From assembly GCA_041178345.1 (NCBI GenBank), contig JBEGVQ010000048.1:1021-65020 (forward strand): a stretch of DNA of 64,000 nucleotides. Direction: 5' to 3'. Of this stretch, positions 31,247 to 40,806 are shown one piece after another. Source of the stretch: Acidobacteriota bacterium. Lineage in GTDB: Bacteria; Acidobacteriota; Vicinamibacteria; Vicinamibacterales; UBA2999. Within the stretch, counting starts at the first letter, position 1. Each line of letters begins with the position of its first letter. The position numbers and the translations under genes are program-made. The notes beneath the pieces are model-generated. The model was given only the letters and a program-made list of their open reading frames with translations, ran no database searches and was not told where the DNA came from.

Positions 31247-34066
31247 ATGATCGCCTTCCACAACAGAAAAGCGGTATTCGGCCTTCTCTTCCTCTTCGCC
31301 GTAGCCCTTGGGACCGCTCCCATGTCCGAAACGGCCGTTTCGGCGCAAAGCCGCCAGGCGAAGGCCGCGCCGACGGCGGAAGACGACGCCGACTTTGCCG
31401 AGTTCGTGAAGAAGGCCACGACCCGGCCAGACTTCCTGTCGCCGCTGGTGGATCATCTGCCCAGGAGGGCGGGCGTGCCAACGCCGAAAGACATCCTGGG
31501 CTACCACATCGGCACCGAGAAGAAGCTCACCTACGTCGCCGACCAGCAGCGGTTCTTCCGCACGCTCGAGAAGGCGCTGCCGGGCCGTTTTAAGACCGAG
31601 GTCGTGGCCAGGACCGAAGAGGGCCGCGACATCATGGTCGTGTACATCTCGTCTGAAGCGAACCTCAAGAACCTCGAGGTCAACCGGCAGAACACGCGTC
31701 GGCTTGCCGACCCGCGCGGCCTTACGGAGGTGCAGGCGCAGCAGCTCGTCGCCGCCACCAAGCCGCACTACCACGTCAGTGCCGGCCTCCACAGCGGCGA
31801 AACCAATCCGCCAGAGGCGGTCATGGAACTGGCATACCGGCTCGCGGTGAGCGAGGAGCCCTACATCAAGCAGATTCGCGACAACGTGATCGTCAGCATC
31901 ACCGGCGCCACCGACGTCGACGGCCGCGATCGGTATGTGGACTGGTACTACGCCTACAAGATCGACGAGCTGTACGACGGCGGCGAAAACTTCGGCGGTC
32001 CGCCGTACTGGGGCAAGTACGTCTTCCACGACAACAACCGCGACATCAACTACGGCGTCGACTCGCTGCGGGCGCACCTGGACTGGTACCTGAACTGGGT
32101 GCCGCCCATCTGGCACGACCTGCACGAGGCGCAGACACTGCTCTACACGTTCAGCGGTCAGCCGCCGCAGAACGCCAACCTCGATCCGATCCTCTACACG
32201 GAACTGCCGTTCTTCGCGAACTACGAAGTGACCAAGCTGACCGGCTACGGCATGCCCGGCGTGTGGCACTTCGGCTTTGTTGACATGTGGTCGCCCGGCT
32301 ACCTGGGCTTCGCCGCGGCCAACCACAACGGCATGCTGCGGATGTACGAGATCTTCAACCAGGGCGGCGCCAACACGAAGAAAGCGCGATTGTCGGGCAG
32401 CCAGACCACGCGGCAGTGGTACCGGCCCAACCCGATGCCGGCCGGCGAGGTCGACTGGTCGATTCGCAATTCGATCAACTACGCGCAGACCGGCGTCCTC
32501 ACCGCGCTCGAACTGACCGCGAAGTTCCCGGCGATGGTGGTGGAGAACTTCTACAAGAAGTCAGCCAACGCCGTGAAGAAGGGCGCGGACAAGCCCCCGC
32601 ACGCCTTTGTGATTCCCGCCGGCCAGCGCGACCAGACCCAGGTCGATCGCGTAGCCAACCTGATCCGCCGCCAGGCCATTGAAGTGCACCGCGCCACCGC
32701 CGAGATCAAGGTCAAGGACGGCACCTTCCCCGCCGGCTCCTACATCGTCAAGCTGAACCAGCCGTACGGTCCGCTGGCCAAGACGCTGCTCGAGAAACAG
32801 ACGTATCCGGATCCGGCGCTCACGACCTACGATGACAGCGCGTGGACCATGGGCATGGCCAACAACATCGAGGTCAAGACCGTCGACGACCAGTCGATCC
32901 TTGATGCCGAGGCGACGTTGTTGAGCGCCGACGTCACGACGGCCGGCGCGCTCGCCGGCACCGGTGGCGTGACGGTCGTGAAGCACAACGGATCGCTCAA
33001 CCTGATCACGCTGCGGTACCGGCTGAAGGACGTGGCGTTCAAGGGCGCCACGGCGGCGTTCAAGATCGGCGACGCCGACTATCCGGCCGGATCGTTCATC
33101 ATCGAGTCAGCGGGCGATCGGGTGCGCAGGGAAGTGGAGTCGCTCGGTCTGGTAGGCACGGCGGTCGCGTCAGCGCCGGCCGTCGACACTGTCAACGTCG
33201 ACCTGCCGCGCCTGGCGATGTACACCACCTGGGCGAACACCGAGAAGGTGGGCTGGGTCCGCCTGGCCTTCGACCGCTGGGAGATCCCCTACGACCTGAT
33301 CCACAAGGACCACGTCCAGGCCGGTGCCAACCTGCGCGGCAAGTACGACGTGATCGTGATGCCGCACCAGACCAACAACGGCAAGTCGATCGTGTACGAG
33401 CAGCCGAAGCTGTCGAAGCCGCTGCCCTACAAAAAGAACGAGCAATTCAAGTCGCTGGGCTTCTACGCCGAGACCGACGATGTGCGCGGCGGCATGGGAT
33501 TGGCGGGCGCGGCCGAGTTCCAGAAGTTCGTGGACGAGGGCGGGGTCTTGATGACGCTGGGGGTGGCCAGCTACTTCCCGGCTGATTTCGGCCTCGCCAA
33601 GGGCGTCGATGCCCAGGGCCCGGCGCCTGGGTTCTATGCACCCGGGCCGTATGTCACGAGCGAGATCCTGCTGCCCCATCATCCGGTGATGTTCGGGTAC
33701 TCGCAGAAGACGCTGCCGGTTCGATACGCTGGAGGTCCGCTGCTGCAGGCCGGTCCGCCCGCAGGGTTCGAGCAGTTTGCGGGTTCGTCACCCACTCGCC
33801 CGCAGGTGATCGCGCGCTTCACGGGCGGCGAGGCGGGCGTGGTGAGTGGCCTGATGCGCAACCCCGATCAGACGCGGAACCGGCCTATGGTCGTCGACGC
33901 CGCGTCGGGCAAGGGCCGCGTGATCATGTTCGCGAACAACCCCATCTATCGCTGGCAGACGTTCGGTGAACACGGCATGGTGTTCAACGGGTTGCTGTTC
34001 TGGAATGACATGCCGGCAGCGGCAGCCGGTGAGAAGCCCGTGCCGACGGCACCGGGACAGCAGTAG
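31247..34066 (+). CDS. secreted M14-family zinc carboxypeptidase-like protein (large)
   Basis: Start re-set to MIAFHNRKAVFGLLFLFAVALG (ATG 31247). The zinc motif is in SAGLHSGETNPPEAVMELAYRLA (HxxE). Confidence 0.7.
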   Translation: MIAFHNRKAVFGLLFLFAVALGTAPMSETAVSAQSRQAKAAPTAEDDADFAEFVKKATTRPDFLSPLVDHLPRRAGVPTPKDILGYHIGTEKKLTYVADQQRFFRTLEKALPGRFKTEVVARTEEGRDIMVVYISSEANLKNLEVNRQNTRRLADPRGLTEVQAQQLVAATKPHYHVSAGLHSGETNPPEAVMELAYRLAVSEEPYIKQIRDNVIVSITGATDVDGRDRYVDWYYAYKIDELYDGGENFGGPPYWGKYVFHDNNRDINYGVDSLRAHLDWYLNWVPPIWHDLHEAQTLLYTFSGQPPQNANLDPILYTELPFFANYEVTKLTGYGMPGVWHFGFVDMWSPGYLGFAAANHNGMLRMYEIFNQGGANTKKARLSGSQTTRQWYRPNPMPAGEVDWSIRNSINYAQTGVLTALELTAKFPAMVVENFYKKSANAVKKGADKPPHAFVIPAGQRDQTQVDRVANLIRRQAIEVHRATAEIKVKDGTFPAGSYIVKLNQPYGPLAKTLLEKQTYPDPALTTYDDSAWTMGMANNIEVKTVDDQSILDAEATLLSADVTTAGALAGTGGVTVVKHNGSLNLITLRYRLKDVAFKGATAAFKIGDADYPAGSFIIESAGDRVRREVESLGLVGTAVASAPAVDTVNVDLPRLAMYTTWANTEKVGWVRLAFDRWEIPYDLIHKDHVQAGANLRGKYDVIVMPHQTNNGKSIVYEQPKLSKPLPYKKNEQFKSLGFYAETDDVRGGMGLAGAAEFQKFVDEGGVLMTLGVASYFPADFGLAKGVDAQGPAPGFYAPGPYVTSEILLPHHPVMFGYSQKTLPVRYAGGPLLQAGPPAGFEQFAGSSPTRPQVIARFTGGEAGVVSGLMRNPDQTRNRPMVVDAASGKGRVIMFANNPIYRWQTFGEHGMVFNGLLFWNDMPAAAAGEKPVPTAPGQQ

Positions 34067-34124
34067 GTCTTGCCGGGCCGCGTGCAGGCGCGGCCCGGTG
34101 CTCTCGCAGTGGTCGCCACTCGGG

Positions 34125-34670
34125 TCAGGCCCGGTCCGAGAGGTACTCGCGCATGAGTGCCGCGTTGCGGTCGTTGGCCTTGAACCAGACGTCGGCAAAG
34201 AAACCCACCACGGGAATCGAGCCAAGCACGAGATCGACCATGACGTTGGCCAGCATCTTCGAAACGAGGGCCGAAGGTGGCCCGTAGCGAAGGGTGCGCG
34301 CGACCAGGGTCAACGACACCGCGGTGCCGGCCAGGTCGCCGACAACGGGCACGAGTCCGATGACCGCATCAAGTCCGACCTTCCCGATCAACGGGAGCGT
34401 GATCGCGCTGTCCATGAGCCGGGCCAGCCGATCGATGTGCGCGCCGAAGAAGCGGTTGGCTTCGTCCAGGGGAATGCCGGTGGCTTCGGCGTAGTTGGCC
34501 AGGTGGGTAAAGGTGCGGGCGGCGGCCGCCCCGACCCGGCGATCGACCTCCCGGGCCATGCGCTCCGCGGTCCGCACGAACCACCAGCGCGAGACGAGAT
34601 AGGCGATCACACTGGCGACCAGCGCGAACCCGAACGCCGCCAGCAGCCACCACGCGAAGGTTTCGAACAT
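34125..34670 (-). CDS. DUF4112 membrane protein
   Basis: GLDAVIGLVPVVGDLAGTAVSL...DLVLGSIPVVGFFADVWFKANDRN matches the DUF4112 pattern. Confidence 0.6.
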   Translation of the reverse strand: MFETFAWWLLAAFGFALVASVIAYLVSRWWFVRTAERMAREVDRRVGAAAARTFTHLANYAEATGIPLDEANRFFGAHIDRLARLMDSAITLPLIGKVGLDAVIGLVPVVGDLAGTAVSLTLVARTLRYGPPSALVSKMLANVMVDLVLGSIPVVGFFADVWFKANDRNAALMREYLSDRA

Positions 34671-34746
34671 TGCGCTCGATTATGCTCCGGCTGAAGTAAC
34701 AGCGCCGGCCAGGATCCCGGTTGCTGCCAGCTGAGCCGGCTAGCCG

Positions 34747-36048
34747 CTACTTGATCACCAGCAACCGGTAGTTCGCCGGATGCAGGAACTGGATGCCGGC
34801 CTCGGTCAGGATGGCATCGTCCTCAATGGGAATGCGCAGCTTGGCGCCGCCCCACTCCGCAATCGGCGTATACGCGAAGTACTCGAACGAGAACATGTGC
34901 TGCGCGTGCATCACGAAGGTGCTCTGAAGCGGCTGCCAGGTGGTCAGTGACGGCCCGATGTCGTGACCGGTGTTGCCGACCGGGTGGAACCCATAGGTCA
35001 CATCGGTGCGGTCGTCCTGGTTGGGCCGGTTGAACTCGATCACGCCGAACCCGGCCGCGCGCAGCGCCGCGTCCATGTTCTTCATGGTCTCATCAGCGCG
35101 CACCCCGACCTTGATCGCCTTCTTGACCACGTCGCGCACCGAGATCGCCTTGTCGAAGGCCGCCTGGATGCTCGCCGGAGGGGTAGTCTCGCCCGGCTTC
35201 AGCACGTAGGCCACCCGCTTGACGTCGGTGCCGAAGTTCATCAACTGGACGCCCCAGTCAATCATCATCACGTCGCCCGGCTGGATGATGCGATTCGACG
35301 AGGTGGCGACAATGCCGTTGGGGCCGGTGACATAGACCGACGGCATGTCGAACTCGGAGCCGAGGGCGCGATCGAGCAGCCGATCCTGCATCCACCATGC
35401 CACGTCTTCGAGGGTGGTCTTGCCCGGGGTGATGACCTCGTTCGAGAGCGCGCGCTCGGTCAACTGGATGGCAATGCCCGCGGCCTCGCCGAAGGCGACG
35501 ATCTCGGCGGCGACGCGAGGCGACCGAAAGTCGACCACCAGTCTCTCGGCACTGGTGAAGCGCGAGGCATACGGTTCGCCGAGCGTCTTCTTCAAGTGCG
35601 CGAGCATGGTCACCGACAAGCCGTCGGCCGGGCCGATCTCGTCCGACATGTTGAGGCCAATGCGCTTGGGGTCGCGGGCCTTGACGTGGGCCGCCAGCGT
35701 GGCGGCCGGGGCGATGATGTCGTAGGCGCCCGACTGCGAAATCATGTAGCCGCTCGGGCCGAGAGCCGCACGCTCAATCCGGTCGCCGCCGCGATCGGTG
35801 AACACGTAGTAGCCGATGCCGGTGACGTAGCCGCGGCCCAGGTCCTTCCACAGCGGGTCGTAGTGGTTCTCCTTGACGGCCACAATCCACATGTCGATGC
35901 CGTTGGCGCGCATCGCGCGTGGCAGCACCTGCTCGAACTTGTCGAGACGGATCTGCCGCTCCATCTCCCAGCGCCGGCGGGCTTCCTGTGCCAAAGCCGG
36001 CAAGGAGAGCAACATCACGATTACGGTGGTGATCAGAATCTTCATCAC
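34747..36048 (-). CDS. secreted M24-family metallopeptidase (Xaa-Pro aminopeptidase-like)
   Basis: Signal peptide MMKILITTVIVMLLSLPALAQ, a creatinase-like N-terminal domain, then GDVMMIDWG.., ..HPVGNTGHDIG.. and ..SFEYFA.. (pita-bread metal ligands). Confidence 0.7.
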   Translation of the reverse strand: MMKILITTVIVMLLSLPALAQEARRRWEMERQIRLDKFEQVLPRAMRANGIDMWIVAVKENHYDPLWKDLGRGYVTGIGYYVFTDRGGDRIERAALGPSGYMISQSGAYDIIAPAATLAAHVKARDPKRIGLNMSDEIGPADGLSVTMLAHLKKTLGEPYASRFTSAERLVVDFRSPRVAAEIVAFGEAAGIAIQLTERALSNEVITPGKTTLEDVAWWMQDRLLDRALGSEFDMPSVYVTGPNGIVATSSNRIIQPGDVMMIDWGVQLMNFGTDVKRVAYVLKPGETTPPASIQAAFDKAISVRDVVKKAIKVGVRADETMKNMDAALRAAGFGVIEFNRPNQDDRTDVTYGFHPVGNTGHDIGPSLTTWQPLQSTFVMHAQHMFSFEYFAYTPIAEWGGAKLRIPIEDDAILTEAGIQFLHPANYRLLVIK

Positions 36049-36061
36049 TAAACCCCTGGTC

Positions 36062-36100
36062 GGTGCCTGGCACCTTTACAACCCTTACAACTCGTTACAC
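36062..36100. repeat. palindrome GGTGCC-T-GGCACC followed by 9-nt-phased TTACAAC/TTACAAC/TTACAC repeats
   Basis: Lies in the M24 / DUF5916 divergent spacer and is seen directly: ggtgcctggcacc tttacaac ccttacaac tcgttacac. Confidence 0.6.
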
Positions 36101-36166
36101 TCATCGAGCGCGTTCCGGGCGACGATACGCGGTTCTCGTTGCCCCGCTGTTGATCCCACAGACTAC

Positions 36167-38407
36167 ATGACTTCGAAGACGTTACCCGTTCGCCTGTTCA
36201 CCTGCTTCCTGTTGCTCGTTTCTGCCGTCACTGCGGCGGCACAGACGCCGGCCGCCGTGGTGAGCGACTACGAGGCCGCGCGTCGCGAGCGCAAGCTGGC
36301 GGCGACCCGGACCCAGGGCGCGATCGCGCTCGATGGCCGGCTGGACGAGGCGTCGTGGGCGGCAGCCCCGATCGCCAACGGCTTCGTCCAGAACGATCCG
36401 CGCGAAGGCACGCCGGCGACCTTTGACACCGAGGTGCGGCTCCTCTACGACGACCGCGCGCTGTACATCGGCGTGTTCGCGAAGGATGCCGAGCCGGGGA
36501 AGATTATCGTCAACGAACTGCGCAAGGACTTCAATACCGGCAGTGCCGACGGTTTCCAGGTCGTCATCGACACCTTTCACGACGAGCGCAACGGCTACCA
36601 GTTCGCGATCAACCCGATGGGCGCCAAGTGGGACTCTCAGATGTCGAACGAGGGCCGCGACAACAACTCCAATTGGGACGGCATCTGGGATGTCGGCACG
36701 CGCATTGGCGACGATGGCTGGTACGCGGAGATGGAGATTCCGTTCAAGACCCTGAAGTTTGGCCCCGATGACATGCAGACCTGGGGCATCAACTTCCAGC
36801 GGCGCCTCCGGCGCCTCAACGAGAACAGCTATTGGTCGCCGTTGCGCCGCATCCACCAGCTGTCGCGGGTGTCGATGGCAGGCACGGTCGACGGCCTGTC
36901 GGGACTGAAGCCGGGCGCCAACCTCCGGGTCAAACCCTATGTGCTGGGCAACTTCAACAAGGTGGCCAGCCGCAACCTCGACCAGGACTACGACGCCGGC
37001 TTCGACGTGAAGTACGGCGTGACGTCGGGGCTCACGTGGGACTTCACCGTGAACACTGACTTCTCGCAAGTAGAGGCCGACGAGCAACAGGTGAACCTGA
37101 CCCGCTTCAACCTATTCTTCCCAGAGAAGCGTGACTTCTTCCTCGAGAACTCGGGCGTGTTCCAGTTTGGCTCGGGCAATACCGGTGGTGGCGGCGGCGG
37201 CGGCGGTCGGCAGAACGCGTCGCAGGACATGATCTTCTTCTTCAGCCGGCAGATCGGCCTGTCGCCGGCCGGGGATGCCATTCCGCTGTTGGCGGGCACG
37301 CGCCTGACCGGCCGGGTCGGCGGCTGGTCGGTGGGCGCGCTGAACATCCAGCAGCGCGAGCAGCATCTCAGCCCGTCGACCAACTTCACGGCCCTTCGGC
37401 TGCGCAAGGACATCCTCGCCAACTCCGACGTCGGCGTGATGTTCATCAACAAGGACCCCCAGGGCGGCCTCTACAACCGTGCCGTGGGCGGCGACGCCAA
37501 CTTCCGCTTCTTCCGGGACTTCACGCTGAACTTCGCGGCCGCCAGGAGCGACACGCCGGTGGCCCGGATCCCGGGCGAGGGCCAGGACTGGTACTCGAAG
37601 AGCAGCTTCGGCTATCGCGGCGCGGTGCTCGAAACCCGCGGCATGTACCAGACCATTGGCGCACGGTTCAACGACGAAATCGGTTTCGTACCGCGGGTCG
37701 GCGTCGACAACGCCGAAGGCTACTTCGGGCTGCACTTGCGGCCGAAGCGCTTCCAGGGTTGGATGCGCGAGACCTTCCCGCACTTCCAGGTCGAGAACTT
37801 CACCAGGCGCGACGGCCGCGGCCTTGAGTCACGCTACATGGACTGGCACTGGCCGGTGACCTTCCAGAACAGCTCGTTCATCGAGGTCGGCACCAACCCC
37901 AACGTCGAGGTGATCGACGATCGGTTTTTCATCAATGCCCGCCGTGGCATCTACGTCGCTCCGGGCCGCTACGAGTTCAAGGAGCACTTCCTGCTCGCCA
38001 ACTCGAACAGCGCCGCGAAGTTCGCCATGAACCTGCGCTACGGCACCGGCGACTTCTACGACGGCTACCGCCGCAACTACACCATCGGCGGCACCTACCG
38101 CATGAACCAGCACCTGAACGTGCAGCTGAGCGATCAGATCAACGACATCGACCTGTCATCCGGCTCGTACCAAACGCACCTGGTGACCGGCCGCGTCAAC
38201 GTCTACTTCAGCACCAAGGTGTTCGTGAACGCGTTGGTGCAGTACAACACCGACGCCAACCAGTGGAGTTCGAACGTGCGGCTCGACATCATCCACCGCC
38301 CGCTCAGCGACATCTACCTGGTCTACAACGAACGCCACGATTCGCGCAGCGGCGCGCTGATCAGCCGCGCGTTCATCGCGAAGATGACGTACTTGCTGGC
38401 CTTCTGA
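36167..38407 (+). CDS. CBM9-like / DUF5916 outer-membrane-type protein
   Basis: Start re-set to MTSKTLPVRLFTCFLLLVSAVTAAAQ (ATG 36167). ..IALDGRLDEASWAAAPIANGFVQNDPREG.. (CBM9-like) is followed by a long beta-rich region ending ..MTYLLAF. Confidence 0.7.
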   Translation: MTSKTLPVRLFTCFLLLVSAVTAAAQTPAAVVSDYEAARRERKLAATRTQGAIALDGRLDEASWAAAPIANGFVQNDPREGTPATFDTEVRLLYDDRALYIGVFAKDAEPGKIIVNELRKDFNTGSADGFQVVIDTFHDERNGYQFAINPMGAKWDSQMSNEGRDNNSNWDGIWDVGTRIGDDGWYAEMEIPFKTLKFGPDDMQTWGINFQRRLRRLNENSYWSPLRRIHQLSRVSMAGTVDGLSGLKPGANLRVKPYVLGNFNKVASRNLDQDYDAGFDVKYGVTSGLTWDFTVNTDFSQVEADEQQVNLTRFNLFFPEKRDFFLENSGVFQFGSGNTGGGGGGGGRQNASQDMIFFFSRQIGLSPAGDAIPLLAGTRLTGRVGGWSVGALNIQQREQHLSPSTNFTALRLRKDILANSDVGVMFINKDPQGGLYNRAVGGDANFRFFRDFTLNFAAARSDTPVARIPGEGQDWYSKSSFGYRGAVLETRGMYQTIGARFNDEIGFVPRVGVDNAEGYFGLHLRPKRFQGWMRETFPHFQVENFTRRDGRGLESRYMDWHWPVTFQNSSFIEVGTNPNVEVIDDRFFINARRGIYVAPGRYEFKEHFLLANSNSAAKFAMNLRYGTGDFYDGYRRNYTIGGTYRMNQHLNVQLSDQINDIDLSSGSYQTHLVTGRVNVYFSTKVFVNALVQYNTDANQWSSNVRLDIIHRPLSDIYLVYNERHDSRSGALISRAFIAKMTYLLAF

Positions 38408-38439
38408 GACCCGGCAACCCCGAAGGATTGCCTCCCCCG

Positions 38440-39603
38440 TTATTTCAGGATCGGCGCGAAGATGCGGAACGGGCCGGTGAGTTTCACGCCGGTCATCAGC
38501 CGCTCTTTCCACAGCACGATCGCGTAGAGCAGCACGCACAGTGCCGCGGTCGCCACCAGTGACCAGCCGATCGGCAACGCGCGGCGCAGCGGCCGGCCGA
38601 GCACACCGTAAACCATCTCCACGTGAATCCAGTAGACGAAGAGTGACGACCGGCCCAGCGTCGCGATCACCCGGCCAGGGGTGTCGACCGAGAAGGTGCC
38701 CGGAAAGCTGGTGCGCATGAACCCGTGGAAGTGGTCGATCGCTCGTGAGATCGGCACCAGGGCGGTGCAGATGCCGAGACGAATGAAGAAGAACGTCGGC
38801 GAGCTGGTCCAGAAATTCGCGACGGGATAGATCGACGGCTGGAACGACGCCGCATAGCCGAGGCCAATGCCGGCCGCGCCGGCGGCCAGCAGCGACCACT
38901 GCAACCGGATCTCTTGTGAGCGCGTCCGGGCGGCGTGGATCACCTCACCGGCGATCGCCCCGGCCAGCAGGAATGCGGCCCACGGGAACAGCGCAAAGTT
39001 CGTGCGTCCCGGCAACGGGCGGATGTACGCCTCGATTGGATCCGGCAGCACCGCCAGCACCCCCGCCTCGCGGATCAGCGGTGTCGTCATCGTCACCAAG
39101 GTTGTCGCCACGGCAAAGAGCACGGCGCGGGCGGTGCGCGAGCCGGACAGGCGCCACAGCAGTGCCGCGGCCATCATCGCCAGGCCCATGACGTTGAGGA
39201 TGTCGACCTTCAGGAAGTTACTGAACGGACCCCAGCCGAGCAGTTGCGACTGCAACCGGAACAAGAACGCGAGGGCCAGGACCTGGGCGCCACGCGTCAG
39301 CGCCACGCTCGCCGCACCCGCGTGGCCGACCGTCAACGACCGCGCGGACGCCGCCATCGACAAGGACCAGCCGGCCAGGAACAGGAACAGCGGCGCGGCG
39401 AGGCCGGCCACGAACACGGCTCGCATGTAGAAGCTGCCATGGCGGTCGGCCTCCCGGGTCCACGCGTCGTTGACGTGCGCCATGACCATCACGACCACGG
39501 CGACGCCGCGCAGCCAGTCGAGGTAGACCTTGCGGTCTGTTGCGCTCAGGAGCGGACCTCGAACGAGGTCTCGAACGGGAGGTCCTGGCGCAGCGAGTGC
39601 CAC
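38440..39603 (-). CDS. DUF1624 / heparan-alpha-glucosaminide N-acetyltransferase-like membrane acyltransferase
   Basis: RKVYLDWLRGVAVVVMVMAHVNDAW plus about 10 TM helices. The annotated start overlaps the upstream OsmC gene by 58 nt, so the start is uncertain. Confidence 0.65.
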   Translation of the reverse strand: MALAAPGPPVRDLVRGPLLSATDRKVYLDWLRGVAVVVMVMAHVNDAWTREADRHGSFYMRAVFVAGLAAPLFLFLAGWSLSMAASARSLTVGHAGAASVALTRGAQVLALAFLFRLQSQLLGWGPFSNFLKVDILNVMGLAMMAAALLWRLSGSRTARAVLFAVATTLVTMTTPLIREAGVLAVLPDPIEAYIRPLPGRTNFALFPWAAFLLAGAIAGEVIHAARTRSQEIRLQWSLLAAGAAGIGLGYAASFQPSIYPVANFWTSSPTFFFIRLGICTALVPISRAIDHFHGFMRTSFPGTFSVDTPGRVIATLGRSSLFVYWIHVEMVYGVLGRPLRRALPIGWSLVATAALCVLLYAIVLWKERLMTGVKLTGPFRIFAPILK

Positions 39604-39950
39604 ACCGAACAGTACTTGTCTCGCGACAGCTGGATGGCCCGCTCCATGGCCTGGTCCGGCACGGCACCGGTAATGACGAAGTGCATGGTGAAACTCACGA
39701 AGTGCCGCGGCGGCTCCTCGCGGCGCGCGCCGGTGACGGTGGCTGTCAGCGCGGTGAATTCGTGACGGCCTTTGGTGATGATGTCGGCCACGTCGATGGC
39801 CATGCAGCCGGCCAGCGCCATGGCCACCGCCTGCACGGGTGACGGTCCGGCGGTGCTCTTGCTGTCGAGAACGATTTCGGTATCGCCGGAGCGGGCGGCA
39901 AAGCGGAGGTCGCCTTGCCAGGTAAGGGTTGCGACGGTTGGCGGTTTCAC
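39546..39950 (-). CDS. OsmC/Ohr-family peroxiredoxin-like protein
   Basis: ..PSPVQAVAMALAGCMAIDV...DKYCSVWHSL.. shows the two conserved Cys of the OsmC family. The listed 223-aa ORF is over-extended. GTG 39950 (VKPPTVATLTWQG) is proposed as the start. Confidence 0.65.
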   Translation of the reverse strand: MKPPTVATLTWQGDLRFAARSGDTEIVLDSKSTAGPSPVQAVAMALAGCMAIDVADIITKGRHEFTALTATVTGARREEPPRHFVSFTMHFVITGAVPDQAMERAIQLSRDKYCSVWHSLRQDLPFETSFEVRS

Positions 39951-40000
39951 CTTAGCAGTATAGGGAGAATTGCCCCGGCCGCGCCATCGGCCACCGCCGC

Positions 40001-40597
40001 CTATTCTGAATAGACGACGGTGCGGACGCTGCGATGGCGGTGCGCGAGTTCCGCCGGCAACAGCTTGCTCAAGTAGACCTTCGACTCGGTGCGGTCGGTC
40101 ACATTCGGCTCGTGCTTGACGACATTGAAGTGCAGTTGGGCGAGCACGGCGCGCATGTCGTAGTAGCGGTTCTTGGTCTTGACGACCACTTCCTCGAAGC
40201 CGGCGGCGAGCGCCCACACTTCGGTTTCCTCGGTCAGCGCGCGGAAGTGCCCCTGGTCACGCCAATCGCGGCGGGTGCCGCCGATCCAGGAATACAAGAT
40301 CCGGCGGCCATCGAACGACACCGGACCGGTCAGCCGATCGACCAGGTCGCGCAGCTTCGGCACCGACTCGTCGTGCCGGATCTCGTGGACGATCTTGTAG
40401 GACACCGGCACGAGCGCGCCCGATGGGTCGTCCGGGAGCGGCGCCTCGGCCATCAGGATCAGCGATTCGCGATCCTGCAGCCGTTCGATGATCTCGGTTG
40501 CCGTCTTGCGGCGCGGATACTCGCCGAAGTACTCCTCGATGTATTGGATCTCCAACGCACCGGGCTCGAGCGCGTACTGCTTGATCAGGTACTCCAC
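40001..40597 (-). CDS. GNAT-like acetyltransferase (weak assignment)
   Basis: ..ILYSWIGGTRRDWRDQGHFRALTEETEVWALAAGFEEVVVKT.. resembles a GNAT motif A and beta-4/alpha-3 region. No other family signal was recognised. Confidence 0.45.
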   Translation of the reverse strand: MEYLIKQYALEPGALEIQYIEEYFGEYPRRKTATEIIERLQDRESLILMAEAPLPDDPSGALVPVSYKIVHEIRHDESVPKLRDLVDRLTGPVSFDGRRILYSWIGGTRRDWRDQGHFRALTEETEVWALAAGFEEVVVKTKNRYYDMRAVLAQLHFNVVKHEPNVTDRTESKVYLSKLLPAELAHRHRSVRTVVYSE

Positions 40598-40806
40598 GGG
40601 TGGGACGATTATACGAGATGCGTCAGCCGGGAACTGAGCCGCCGTGGCTCCTGGGCTGAGCGGAAAGAGCCGACAACCCGCAGATTCCTGGCGTCATGAG
40701 TCGAGGCGATCTTCAGGATTTGGGTTCGACCGTTGCGAAGAGCCATCGGCTCCACCTGTTGCGGGGGTTAGTGCACTCAACCCCGCCGTCGAAGTGCACC
40801 GCCGGT

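Noticed and set aside
40700-40740. tRNA-like T-arm string GGGTTCGACC.
   Set aside because: There is no complementary acceptor or T-stem partner, no anticodon or D-arm context, and no CCA-proximal pairing. This is a coincidental match.
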